Source: an archaeon
Lineage (GTDB): Archaea > B1Sed10-29 > WALL01
DNA length: 64,000 bases
NCBI GenBank assembly: GCA_042584585.1
Contig: JBHOSQ010000001.1
Coordinates: 1 to 64,000 of the forward strand
Direction: 5' to 3'
Each line of letters begins with the position of its first letter. Position 1 is the stretch's first letter. Made by a program: the position numbers and the translations under genes. Positions 39,636 through 49,266 of the stretch are shown here, piece after piece. The notes below the pieces were generated by a model. It did not search any database and had not been told where the DNA came from. It saw only the letters and a list, made by a program, of their open reading frames with translations.

Positions 39636-39653
39636 GGGGGGCGTTAGCCCCCC
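39636..39653. repeat. Short G6/C6 hairpin (family-1-like)
   Basis: GGGGGGC GTTA GCCCCCC at the 3' end of the pilin-like gene. Confidence 0.45.
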
Positions 39654-39661
39654 ACTGGTTT

Positions 39662-41521
39662 CTAAGACGCGTGTCCGGTCTCGTTCAAGCGCAGTACCCA
39701 GATGTTGTCGTTTACGCCTCCGACCCTGGTCTGGCCGCTCATGATGAAACCGCCGGCCGAGACGCTCTGCAGCGAGTAGCCGTAGTCGTTGTCGTTGTCG
39801 TGCGCACGAGTCCACTCGGTCGCGCCGTCTGCCTTCGCGACCTTCCATACGAAGTAGTCGTAGTCCGCGCCGTTGTGCTCGTAGCCGCCCGCAACATAGC
39901 CGTCACTTACCTCGACAATCCCGAAGCCAAAGTCGTGTTCCGTGCCGCCGTCGTACGTCACGTTCCACGTGAGCACGCCACTCGTGTCGGTCTTCATGAT
40001 GAGCACGTCGTTGTCCGGGTTGTTGTTCGTGGTGTACCCGCCAATGGCGAACCCGGCGCCCGCGCCAAGCTCGACAATCGCTGTGCCCTCGTCCTCACGG
40101 TTGTAGCCGACGTCGTACGTCTTGTTCCAAATCTGGGCGCCCGTGGCCTTGTCGACCTTCCAGATGAGCAGGTCGTTGTCCGAAAGCCCGGTCGCGACGT
40201 ATCCGTCACTCACTTCGATTATGTCACTCACCCAGCTGGACGCACCGCTCTGGTTGAACGTCACGTTCCACTGCTCGACGAGGCTGGAGTCATACTTGAC
40301 AATCAACCCACGGTTGATGGCCGTCTTGTTCTTGCCGGCGAACACCAAGTCCGTTCCGTCCTCAATGACCGCGTTGAACTCGTCCTGGTCACCTGTGGAA
40401 TCGAAGGTCGCGTTTCGCACCTCGTTTCCGCTGGAGTCCAGCACCAGTGCCCAGGCCTCCTGGTCACCCGCAGTGCCGCAGGTCCCGGCAATCGCGAAGC
40501 CGCCTGAAGCCAAAACCACGAACTCAAGGCCCTGGTCATGGTTTCCCGGGCCGTCGTAGCAGTCGAACGTCGAATTCCACAGCTCGCTTCCGTCGCTCGC
40601 GTTCAGGCTCGAAACGAAGACATCCCAGTCGAGCACGCCAGCGTCTTCCTGGTAGCCCATAGTGTAAAGGCTGCCTTCACCCCCGCCATAGCCGACTTCG
40701 TTCCTGCCACTGTCGAGTGATGCCGCCCAAGGCGCAACCGCTGCGCCGCCGGCGCAGTCCGCGTCGGCTCCGTCGACGTCGCCGTCACAGTCGTTGTCCA
40801 AAGTGTCCCCGCAGCTGGCTTCGTTGGCGCCTTCGTTGGCGACACAGTCGCACGTACCCGCGCCGTCACACTTAGCGCCCGGCGGGTACGAGGGGTCGTC
40901 AATACAAATTGTTCCCGCGGCTTCGTTCGCGGCGGCTTGGTCGCACACGCCCGCACCGTCACACTGTGATACCAAACAGTCGTCAGCGGTTGTGTCAGTG
41001 CACGCCGTGGTTATCACATCAAACGTACAACTCGAGTCACAGCAGTCACCGTCATCGGTGTTGCCGTCGTCGCACGTTTCACCAACATCGACTACTCCGT
41101 CGCCGCAGCCAGGAGTTCCAGCGGTAATTGCGGCTGTTTGGAGCACGACTTGGCTTACGTCTGGCCCCCACAGCGTCACTATTAATCCTTCGGTTCCGCT
41201 GGTGTTACATGCTTCTTGTCCAACGATTGGATAGTTACATGCAATACTTCCACTTGTTAAGTATAATGGGCCGGCAATGGGTTCCGAGCCGAGGTTTGCC
41301 ACAAGTATTTTTCCGCCGCCAATTGGTGTCGCAGTGATTGCGATTGGCGTGTTTGGGGTGGATTGTTTCGTGGCAAGGCCCGCACCCCAAAAGTAAAGGG
41401 CGACCGCCGCAACAACAGCAATTGCGATTAGCAGAACAACAGCAACAACGGGGGAAATCCCTTTCGGGTTTTCCGGTTGTTTCTTCTGCAACCGCTTGTC
41501 AGTAGAAGTTCCGCGTTTCAT
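39662..41521 (-). CDS. Type IV pilin-like adhesin (class III signal, Cys-rich repeats, beta-propeller)
   Basis: KG/ISPVVAVVLLIAIAVVAA; CGDGVVDVGETCDDGN; DNDCDG; repeated WNxTYD/FD propeller blades. Confidence 0.85.
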   Translation of the reverse strand: MKRGTSTDKRLQKKQPENPKGISPVVAVVLLIAIAVVAAVALYFWGAGLATKQSTPNTPIAITATPIGGGKILVANLGSEPIAGPLYLTSGSIACNYPIVGQEACNTSGTEGLIVTLWGPDVSQVVLQTAAITAGTPGCGDGVVDVGETCDDGNTDDGDCCDSSCTFDVITTACTDTTADDCLVSQCDGAGVCDQAAANEAAGTICIDDPSYPPGAKCDGAGTCDCVANEGANEASCGDTLDNDCDGDVDGADADCAGGAAVAPWAASLDSGRNEVGYGGGEGSLYTMGYQEDAGVLDWDVFVSSLNASDGSELWNSTFDCYDGPGNHDQGLEFVVLASGGFAIAGTCGTAGDQEAWALVLDSSGNEVRNATFDSTGDQDEFNAVIEDGTDLVFAGKNKTAINRGLIVKYDSSLVEQWNVTFNQSGASSWVSDIIEVSDGYVATGLSDNDLLIWKVDKATGAQIWNKTYDVGYNREDEGTAIVELGAGAGFAIGGYTTNNNPDNDVLIMKTDTSGVLTWNVTYDGGTEHDFGFGIVEVSDGYVAGGYEHNGADYDYFVWKVAKADGATEWTRAHDNDNDYGYSLQSVSAGGFIMSGQTRVGGVNDNIWVLRLNETGHAS

Positions 41522-41608
41522 GAGTATCACTGCTCCCTAGAAAGGCTTCCCGGCTATTTAAGCTTTTCGTGGCAAGAATTAAATACGCGCTCTGTGTTTT
41601 TGTTGGCG

Positions 41609-41830
41609 ATGAAGACGTATCTCGTGGTGTGGTTCAGCACCGAGGGCCAGCCCGTGTCGGAAGTTACGGGGCGGCTCATGTCCATGGGGTTCAGGCCCAT
41701 GAACGGAAACTACGACTACGTGTACGACTGGAGCCGCGACGTGCCGATGGACGAAGTGCTTTCCATTGGGGAGCAGGTCCAGGAGACGCTGCGCGGGTGC
41801 GGCGTTACGTTCAAGCTGGAGACGGTATAA
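41609..41830 (+). CDS. Small hypothetical protein
   Basis: MKTYLVVWFSTEG...GNYDYVYDW...FKLETV, 73 aa. Confidence 0.75.
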   Translation: MKTYLVVWFSTEGQPVSEVTGRLMSMGFRPMNGNYDYVYDWSRDVPMDEVLSIGEQVQETLRGCGVTFKLETV

Positions 41831-42679
41831 ATGATTCCCCCCGGAGTAATTGAGTTCGCGCAGTCTTACCTGCAGGCGATTCCCTCGCTTGTGATACAGG
41901 GCGACGTTGGCGCGATAGTGATTGGATTGATTTTGTTTTACGTCGGGTTAATCGTGGTCAACAAACTTAGTTTTTACATGCTTCGTGTGCTGAAGTACGT
42001 GGTCATCGTCGCGATTGTGGTCAGCGCGTTTTATGCCGTCGTGATGACGTTCATCACTAAAATGGCCGGCGCGGAAGTGCTTTACATTCTCCTCGGGCTA
42101 GTGGGAATCGGAATCGGGTTCGCGGGAGTCGTCGCGGCGCTTTACACACTGTACCGCGAGGCCACGAAGAACGTGGACATCGCGAAGATTCGCCAGGAAA
42201 AAATGCTGGCGTACCACAAGGAGCTCTTGCAGGAAGAAAAGGACAAGCTCGAGGCCGCGAAGGAACAGCTTGAGGAGCAGAAGGAAGAGCTCGAGAAAAA
42301 GGGCTCGATACAAAAAATCATTAAGCAGCAAAGCGTGCTGCTGACGATTATTACTTACATTCTTATCGCGGAGTTCGGCGTGTTTTCGTCAATCACTGTG
42401 AGTGCGCCGACCGTGGAAATCGGGATGATTATGTTTGCCTTGTTCACGGTTGGTGTGGTCGTCTACACGCTCAAGAATTATCCGGACCCGCGGCAGGGAC
42501 TGGTTTACTTGGCGGCGGCGTTCGTGTTCGCGTTCGTGATGTCCGTTGTGCTGGGGCACTTTTGGGTGGGGCACGCGCTCGGGGAACTGCTGTCCACTGC
42601 ATACTTCGCGCTGGACTCACTGGTAGCGTTCATCACAGGGATTGCCTTGAGCTTGTTTATGGGAAGCAAAAGCTCATAG
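41831..42679 (+). CDS. Membrane protein with central coiled coil
   Basis: 3 TM, E/K heptads, then 4 TM; abuts the upstream gene. Confidence 0.75.
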   Translation: MIPPGVIEFAQSYLQAIPSLVIQGDVGAIVIGLILFYVGLIVVNKLSFYMLRVLKYVVIVAIVVSAFYAVVMTFITKMAGAEVLYILLGLVGIGIGFAGVVAALYTLYREATKNVDIAKIRQEKMLAYHKELLQEEKDKLEAAKEQLEEQKEELEKKGSIQKIIKQQSVLLTIITYILIAEFGVFSSITVSAPTVEIGMIMFALFTVGVVVYTLKNYPDPRQGLVYLAAAFVFAFVMSVVLGHFWVGHALGELLSTAYFALDSLVAFITGIALSLFMGSKSS

Positions 42680-43480
42680 CATTTTCTTGAGCTTCAGGGA
42701 GTCGGTTTCAAGATTGGGCGACTCGCAAATAGCTGTGCCCTCTAGGTGCCACTTTTTCATTGCGTCGGCAATCGGCTTGAACCCGGGCTCGCCGCACTCG
42801 TCCATTTCGCAGTGCTTGAGCTCGCCTTTTTCGGAGTAAATGATTCCAGAGAAATGCATGTGCAGGTCGTGCAGGAAGCTCGCGCCCAACTCTTTTTTCA
42901 TGCGCTTGAACACGTCGTCGTAATTCACTTTGCCCGCGACGCGCGCGTACACGTGAGAAAAGTCAAGAGTCATTCCCAGCCCAGGCACGTCGCTGCACAA
43001 CAGCATCAATTCTTCCCACGACCCGAACTGCGTGGGCTTGCCCGTCGTCTCGGGGCAGAGGCGCACGTCCCACCCCTTTTTCTCGACTACTTCGGTGAGT
43101 GCCATTAACTCGTCGTACATCGTGGTGAAGACTTGCCCGGGGTCTTGCTTGAGGTAAAACCCGGGGTGGAAGCAAATGTTTCGCGCGCCCATCAAGTGGC
43201 CTTTTTCGCACGAGTCAAGAATTCTTTTTTCAGAGTCCTTGCGCTTCTGTGCCTCGCGCGCGTTGAGGTTGATGAAGTACGGGCCGTGTACGGACAAAGA
43301 GACGTTGTGCTCCTCGGCGTGCTCGCGCAATTGCCGTGCGGTGCCGTTGCCCATGTGCACCCCGTGAGTGAACTCGACTTCCATGGCGTCCAAGCCCAGT
43401 TCGCGGATGCGTGTGACTCCGTCAAAAGAAGTGCGCTTTTTCGCGGACCACGGCGTGCCTGCTGTCCCGAACTTAATCAT
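42674..43480 (-). CDS. nfo: Endonuclease IV-family AP endonuclease
   Basis: HGPYFINL, FHPG, ETTGK, DFSH, HMHFSGI, EKGELKH, ICESP. Confidence 0.85.
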   Translation of the reverse strand: MIKFGTAGTPWSAKKRTSFDGVTRIRELGLDAMEVEFTHGVHMGNGTARQLREHAEEHNVSLSVHGPYFINLNAREAQKRKDSEKRILDSCEKGHLMGARNICFHPGFYLKQDPGQVFTTMYDELMALTEVVEKKGWDVRLCPETTGKPTQFGSWEELMLLCSDVPGLGMTLDFSHVYARVAGKVNYDDVFKRMKKELGASFLHDLHMHFSGIIYSEKGELKHCEMDECGEPGFKPIADAMKKWHLEGTAICESPNLETDSLKLKKML

Positions 43481-43878
43481 TACTTAAGTGCCTCAATCGC
43501 TTTTTCGAACAAGTGCTTGTTGTTGCCGGCGGACTTCATTTCCTTGCGGACCGTGGCAAGAAGCGAAAGCTTTTGCGCGGGCGTAAGCCCGTTTTTGCCG
43601 GCGAGTGTTGACACGAGGCCAAAAGTTTCCGTGAGGACCTCGGCGTCTCGTTTGTGGCGCTGTATGTTTTTCCCCAGTAAAAGAGGCAAATTCGGAATAG
43701 TTTTTCCGTTGACTTTTTCATTTTCTTTCGCGGCAATGTGAATGGTTTTTGTCGCAGTGCACACAATGTTGGCCCGTGGGTTCTTCAAGGCGTCCACGTT
43801 GGTCTTTATGTCAAGCACGGTCTGGCCCTTCCGGGGCACTGCACCCCTTATGTCTCGTTTTTTTCCACCTTTTGCCAT
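43480..43878 (-). CDS. Hypothetical basic protein
   Basis: SD AGGTGA; 132 aa. Confidence 0.65.
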   Translation of the reverse strand: MAKGGKKRDIRGAVPRKGQTVLDIKTNVDALKNPRANIVCTATKTIHIAAKENEKVNGKTIPNLPLLLGKNIQRHKRDAEVLTETFGLVSTLAGKNGLTPAQKLSLLATVRKEMKSAGNNKHLFEKAIEALK

Positions 43879-43898
43879 TTAATTCACCTGTTTAACTG

Positions 43899-44681
43899 TT
43901 AGGAAAGATTCTGAATCAGATCCTCAAGGCTCGCGTGGTGCTGCTCGTGTATTTTCTCGATTTTCCCTAGCGTTCGTTCCAGCCCCCACAACTTGATCCT
44001 CATTGTCTTGCGTTTGGCTTCCTCGGCCTCGATGTCGCGGTCCGCCTCAGCGCCCAGAAGCACATACTGGTTAACCGTTTCAGTGACTTTGGGCTTTTGT
44101 TCCGGCACCGCTTTTCTCCGCACGTTATCAGTCCGCTTCCGCAACTTTTCCGCGGTCCGTTTCTTCCTCGTGTACTTCAGGACGTTTGCATGGATGTCCC
44201 CCACCAGTTTCCCAACGTGGCCCATTTCCTTCTCGGAGTCCTCCTGGATGCCTTCGAGACTCGTTTTGGACAGCTTAAGGCCTGCTTTCGCCTTCTTCTT
44301 CAGTTTTTTGCGGTTCTCGGAAGACAGCTCGTTCGTTGCCATGAACTTGTTCAAAACGTGAATCGCCATCTGCCTGACCTCTACATCAGAATTCGTCAAG
44401 TGCCTTTTCCCGAGGCGCATGACCCGCGTCTCGTTGAGCAAGCCGGCGTCGGCAAGCTCCACCAAAAGCGAGTGGGTTTGCGCGCGGACGCCTTCGTGTG
44501 AGTGCCCCCGTTCGTCCTTGCGCTCCAGGTTGTTCAGCAAAGCAGTGAAAACGCCTCGGACTTCCTTGGACGTGAACTTTCCTTTCCTCACGCGCTCCCG
44601 AAGCTTCCTAGTCCTCTTCTCGACAACAGAGTGCTTCTTGCCCTCAAGGCCCATACTCTTCCGAACTGTAATCATGAGCAT
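43899..44681 (-). CDS. Hypothetical helical/coiled-coil protein
   Basis: Basic N-terminus, HEAT-like DVEVRQMAIHVL, coiled coil. Confidence 0.65.
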   Translation of the reverse strand: MLMITVRKSMGLEGKKHSVVEKRTRKLRERVRKGKFTSKEVRGVFTALLNNLERKDERGHSHEGVRAQTHSLLVELADAGLLNETRVMRLGKRHLTNSDVEVRQMAIHVLNKFMATNELSSENRKKLKKKAKAGLKLSKTSLEGIQEDSEKEMGHVGKLVGDIHANVLKYTRKKRTAEKLRKRTDNVRRKAVPEQKPKVTETVNQYVLLGAEADRDIEAEEAKRKTMRIKLWGLERTLGKIEKIHEQHHASLEDLIQNLS

Positions 44682-44747
44682 AGTAATGCAGTAGGGGAAT
44701 AAAAAAGAGCAAGATTATTTATACCCAATTCCACAGAGTTTAATGCA

Positions 44748-45767
44748 ATGGCCCTTACTCCGGACGAGGAAAAGATTCTCGAATCCATCAAAGTCGCTTC
44801 TGAAAACGACCCCAACAACCCCGAGTACCCGCCATGGCAGCCAAAATGGCCGTCCACGCCCACATACCAAATCGACGTGCCCGGGTTCACCAACGTGTGG
44901 CTGAAGGACGAGAGCCACAACCCCACCGGCACGCACAAAGACCGAATGGCGTGGGAAATGGTGGTCACCTACCGCGACTTTTTATTGGCTAAACAAAACA
45001 GCCAAATAAGCGAACTCCCCCATCTATCGATAATTACTTCAGGCTCAGCGGGAATCGCAATACAAACAATGCTCAAGAAATACGAATTGCCTGCACTGAA
45101 GTGCCTTATCGACGCCGGGCTCGACGAAAAAATCAAGGCGTCGCTCCAAAAAATCGGCTGCGAATTGTACGAAACCGCTTTGGCGAAAAAGCCGTTCACG
45201 TGGCAGGAAATCCTCGCGCTCACACACAACGAAAACGGCTTCGACATTACTTCGTCGGAAGCGCTTGACCCCACCACGCGGTTTTATGATTGGCTTAGCT
45301 ACGACATAATCAACCAGTCGGCCGACTACTGCTTCATCCCGTTCGGCACGGGAAACCTATACGAAAACGTGCTCAATATTAGTAAACGCGAAGTGAGCAC
45401 AGCGGACCACGACCCGCGGTTCAGGGGCGACGTGGAAACGCTCCGCAAATGCAACTTTGTTGGCGCGACTTCGAACAACCCCGGCACAACGGCGGACAAG
45501 CTGTACTCACCGCATTTGCCGTTCGTGCACTACGACGAGCAGTGGATACGGTTTTACAGGCATGCCGCGTTCTGCGGGCCCGAGAGCGACGTGCGGCTGC
45601 TGCAGGAAGAGTACTTACCTAAGGCAAAAGAAATCGCGGGCGCGAACAGCGTTGACTGCGAGCCATCGGGAATCGCGGGGCTCGCGATGATGCTGCAGAT
45701 GCAAGAGTCATTGCCGAAAGACAAGAAGATGCTTGTTGTAAACACGGGAAAAACTAAGTACCCTTGA
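44748..45767 (+). CDS. PLP-dependent fold-type II enzyme (threonine synthase-like)
   Basis: KDESHNPTGTHKDR, TSGSAG, PFGTG, EPSGIAGLA, VNTG. Confidence 0.8.
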   Translation: MALTPDEEKILESIKVASENDPNNPEYPPWQPKWPSTPTYQIDVPGFTNVWLKDESHNPTGTHKDRMAWEMVVTYRDFLLAKQNSQISELPHLSIITSGSAGIAIQTMLKKYELPALKCLIDAGLDEKIKASLQKIGCELYETALAKKPFTWQEILALTHNENGFDITSSEALDPTTRFYDWLSYDIINQSADYCFIPFGTGNLYENVLNISKREVSTADHDPRFRGDVETLRKCNFVGATSNNPGTTADKLYSPHLPFVHYDEQWIRFYRHAAFCGPESDVRLLQEEYLPKAKEIAGANSVDCEPSGIAGLAMMLQMQESLPKDKKMLVVNTGKTKYP

Positions 45768-46293
45768 GAACCAGCCACACCGTGTCGATGTATTCGCCGT
45801 AATGGTCTTCCCATTCCTTCAGGACAACGAATTCCTTGAATCCCAGGTCTTCGTAAAGCTTAAGTGCGGCTTTGTTCTGTGGGTTCGCGCGAAGAAACAG
45901 GTGATGTGGGCTCCACTTTTCTTTGGCCGCTTCAATCATCAAAGACATTAATTCGTGGCCGAGCCCCTGGCCCCGCACTTCCTTCGCCAAAGCGATGCCG
46001 ACTTCGACGTTGCCGCGTTCCTTCCACTTGCCCTGCTGCGCGTTGACGCCGCCGACGTGCCTGCCGTCCAGCAAAACGCGCCACGAAATCAAGCGCCCCG
46101 CCTCGATTTCACTCATTTGGCCGCGCAGCCAATCCGCCTCTTCCTCCGGCGACTGCTTCTCGTCATAAACCAAAAAGGCTTTTTCTTCGATTAAGCCGTT
46201 AAAAAAATTGGTGATGCCGATGACGTCCTCGTTCGGCTGCAAGTCCCGGACCAAAACAGTGCGGCCGTCCTTCAAGCCGATTTCCTTTTCCAT
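45754..46293 (-). CDS. GNAT acetyltransferase
   Basis: VRGQGLG, NKAALKLYEDLGF. Confidence 0.9.
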   Translation of the reverse strand: MEKEIGLKDGRTVLVRDLQPNEDVIGITNFFNGLIEEKAFLVYDEKQSPEEEADWLRGQMSEIEAGRLISWRVLLDGRHVGGVNAQQGKWKERGNVEVGIALAKEVRGQGLGHELMSLMIEAAKEKWSPHHLFLRANPQNKAALKLYEDLGFKEFVVLKEWEDHYGEYIDTVWLVLKGT

Positions 46294-47723
46294 AAGTAGC
46301 CACTTAACTCAGTGATTTTTACGCGCTCCTGCTTCTGCGTGTCGCGCTCACGCACAGTCACGGCGTTGTCCTTCAAGGAATCGAAGTCAAAAGTAATCCC
46401 GAACGGCACGCCCACCTCGTCGGCACGCGCGTACCTGCGCCCGATGGAGCCACCGGCGTCGAAAAACACTTTGATGCCCTCGTCGCGCAATGTTTGGAGA
46501 ACAATGCGCGCCTTCTCGGGCAAGCCCTCCTTGTTGACCAACGGATACACACCGGCGTCAAACGGCGCGAGCCGCGGCGGCAAAGCAAAGTACCAGCCAT
46601 CCTTCCCCTCCTTAAGAGAAGTGTCTAACAAAGCGAACACGAGGCGGTCCACCCCAAAGGAGAGCTCAAGCACGTGGGGGTTGTAGTCCTTCCCCGGCAC
46701 AAGCATTTTTTGGCCGCTTACTTTTTGGTGGCCCTTCAGGTCGTGGTCAGTGCGGTAATGAAAGCCAGCGATTTCGACCCACTTGTCGAACGACGGCAGT
46801 TTTACCTCGAGGTCAATGTGGTACTGGTTGTAAAACGCTTTTTCCTCGTCCGAGAGTTGGGCGAGGCGCAAGTGCTTCCCGAGGCCGATGTATTCCATGA
46901 ACTCCCAGTCCTTCGCCAGGTAATACAGCAAGAACTCGGGCATCTTGGTTGCCTTTTTCACTTCGTCGATGGTCATGGCTTTTTCTTTCTTGCCGGGAAG
47001 CGCGAACAATACTTTCTTTTTCTTTATGGACTTGTAGTCGATGTCCGGCGTGGCCTTGGGGTCGAAAAAGATTTGTAATTCAGCCTGCGTGAACTCGCGG
47101 GCGCGGATCGTTAGTTGGCGGGGCGAGATTTCGTTGCGGAACGCCTTGCCGATTATTGCGAGGCCCAGTGGCAGCTTCTCGCGGTTCGCGCGGAACTCGC
47201 GCTTGTACGCAGTGAACGGGCCTTGCGCGGTCTCGGGCCGGAGGTACGCGGTTGTTTTTGCGTCGCCGGCGCCGACGCTGACGGGGAACATTAGTGTGAA
47301 CGACTCGATGTCCTTGAATTTTGCTTTGCACTTGGGGCAGACTGCCTTGTGCTTTTTGATTACGGCATTTAATTCGTTGGCCGAGAGGCCCTCGAACTTT
47401 TCGCCGAGGAATTCTTCGAGCAGGTGGTCGGCGCGGACCTGTGTCTTGCACTTGCCGCATTCCGCGATTGGGTCGTTGAAGTGCTCGAGGTGGCCGGAGG
47501 CCTTGAACACGCTTTGGGGCATGATGAGGGAGGAGTCGATTTCGTGGAAGTTGTCTGCAAGCGAGAGAAAGAAGCTGCGCCACTCGGTCTCGAGCCGGCG
47601 CTTTATTTCGGAGCCGGTGGAGCCATAGTCGTAAAACCCGGCGACTGGGTTGTGTGGCTCAGCTGTCGGGTAAATGATTGCCCTCTTCAGCAGCAGTTCC
47701 TGCAGCTTTTCGTAGTGGCTCAT
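46272..47723 (-). CDS. glyS: Glycine--tRNA ligase (homodimeric type)
   Basis: GFYDYG, LRPETAQG, FRNEISPR, REFTQAE, ELSFGVDR, SIGRRYAR. Confidence 0.96.
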   Translation of the reverse strand: MSHYEKLQELLLKRAIIYPTAEPHNPVAGFYDYGSTGSEIKRRLETEWRSFFLSLADNFHEIDSSLIMPQSVFKASGHLEHFNDPIAECGKCKTQVRADHLLEEFLGEKFEGLSANELNAVIKKHKAVCPKCKAKFKDIESFTLMFPVSVGAGDAKTTAYLRPETAQGPFTAYKREFRANREKLPLGLAIIGKAFRNEISPRQLTIRAREFTQAELQIFFDPKATPDIDYKSIKKKKVLFALPGKKEKAMTIDEVKKATKMPEFLLYYLAKDWEFMEYIGLGKHLRLAQLSDEEKAFYNQYHIDLEVKLPSFDKWVEIAGFHYRTDHDLKGHQKVSGQKMLVPGKDYNPHVLELSFGVDRLVFALLDTSLKEGKDGWYFALPPRLAPFDAGVYPLVNKEGLPEKARIVLQTLRDEGIKVFFDAGGSIGRRYARADEVGVPFGITFDFDSLKDNAVTVRERDTQKQERVKITELSGYLWKRKSA

Positions 47724-47783
47724 GCAGTGTTGGTTTAATCGCCACGCTTTTATATAACTAAGCGAAGAACATAGGTGATTTCT

Positions 47784-48575
47784 ATGGACATCCGTCAACT
47801 ACGCAGAAAAGCCCTGGTCAAGGCCAAGCAAAAGGTCAGGGAAAAAAAGGCGGGGAGAGACTACGCAGTCATACAGGCAGTCGAAGCCATTGACGAACTG
47901 GACGACATTGCCAACATCATGACCGAGCGAGTCAGGAACTGGTACGCGTTCCACTACCCCGAGCTCTCGAAGCTCGTGCGGAGCGTCGACACTTACCTCG
48001 AAATAATCACTGTGCTGAAGGGGCGGAAGGACATGCGCGTCGCGGCACTCACCAAGTACTTGCCTGAGGCACAAGCCAAAAAAGTTGAGCTGATTGCAGA
48101 GCAGACAATGGGTGCCGACCTCAGCGACACCGACCTCGAGAGCATAGCCAAGTTTGCGTCGCTCGCGGCACACGCGCACAAAGAACGCGAAGAATTGGCG
48201 CAATACGTCGACGACACCACCGAAGACATCTGCCCCAACATGAAGTCACTCGTCGGGGGATTATTGTCAGCAAGGCTGATTGCCAAGGCCGGCTCGTTGG
48301 AGCGGCTCGCGGAAATGCCGGCGTCGACCGTGCAAGTCCTCGGCGCGGAAAAAGCGTTGTTCGCACACATCAAGAAAGGCGTGAAGCCCCCGAAGCACGG
48401 CCTGATTTTCGCTTACCCGGCTATTCACCAGGCGCCCAAGAACAGGAAAGGCAAGATTTCCCGCGTGGTCGCGGGCAAACTGGCCATCGCGGCGCGAATG
48501 GACTTTTTCAAGCACGGCCTGGACAAGACCCTTGCCGTAGAGCTCGAGAAAAAGATTGCGGGCGCGCTTAAATGA
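47784..48575 (+). CDS. nop5: Nop5 (Nop56/58 homolog), N-terminally truncated
   Basis: WYAFHYPEL, PASTVQVLGAEKALF, PKHGLIF, GKISR. Confidence 0.93.
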   Translation: MDIRQLRRKALVKAKQKVREKKAGRDYAVIQAVEAIDELDDIANIMTERVRNWYAFHYPELSKLVRSVDTYLEIITVLKGRKDMRVAALTKYLPEAQAKKVELIAEQTMGADLSDTDLESIAKFASLAAHAHKEREELAQYVDDTTEDICPNMKSLVGGLLSARLIAKAGSLERLAEMPASTVQVLGAEKALFAHIKKGVKPPKHGLIFAYPAIHQAPKNRKGKISRVVAGKLAIAARMDFFKHGLDKTLAVELEKKIAGALK

Positions 48576-49216
48576 ACGAAGCGTTCCACAACGTGTTCCG
48601 CGACGGAAAGCAATTGTATACACTGTCGTTTGACCCCGGGCAGCGAGTCTACGGCGAACGATTACTGAAGCACAACTCTGGCGAGCTGCGGCAGTGGGAC
48701 CCGAACCGGTCCAAGCTGGCGGCCGCGATTCTGAAGGGATTGAAAAAGTTTCCGTTCGAGGCGGGCACCGGTGTGTTGTACCTCGGCGCTGCGCAGGGAA
48801 CCACTCCGTCGCACGTGAGCGACGTGGTAAACAAGGGAGTTGTTGTTTGCGTCGAAATCTCGCAGAAGGCGTTCGAGAAATTACTTCCTTTGTGCGAACG
48901 GCGGGAGAACATGGTTCCCGTGCTGGCGGACGCGAACCAGCCGGGAGAGTACGCGGATTATTTGGACGGCGTGTCCGTTGTTTACCAGGACGTCGCGCAG
49001 CCGAACCAGGCAGCCATTTTTGTGAAGAACATGGCAAAAATCAAGGGGTACGGGATTCTGTGCATCAAGGCGCGGAGCGTGAACGTCGCGGAGCTTCCGA
49101 AGAACGTGTTCAAACGCGAAATCAAAGTATTGGAAGACGCGGGGCTGGACGTGCTGGAAGTTATTCCGTTGGAGCCGTTCGAAAAAGACCATGTGCTAGT
49201 GGTCTGCAAGAATTGA
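48572..49216 (+). CDS. flpA: Fibrillarin 2'-O-methyltransferase
   Basis: WDPNRSKLAAAI, LYLGAAQGTTPSHVSD, QDVAQP. Confidence 0.96.
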   Translation: MNEAFHNVFRDGKQLYTLSFDPGQRVYGERLLKHNSGELRQWDPNRSKLAAAILKGLKKFPFEAGTGVLYLGAAQGTTPSHVSDVVNKGVVVCVEISQKAFEKLLPLCERRENMVPVLADANQPGEYADYLDGVSVVYQDVAQPNQAAIFVKNMAKIKGYGILCIKARSVNVAELPKNVFKREIKVLEDAGLDVLEVIPLEPFEKDHVLVVCKN

Positions 49217-49266
49217 TTCTAGAAAAATAAGTAGAACGGCAGCCGAATGGCTGCCGGGGTTTGTTT

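Noticed and set aside
49238-49257. Isolated hairpins (49238; also 37521)
   Set aside because: No shared flanks with families 1 or 2; treated as ordinary 3'-end hairpins between convergent genes.
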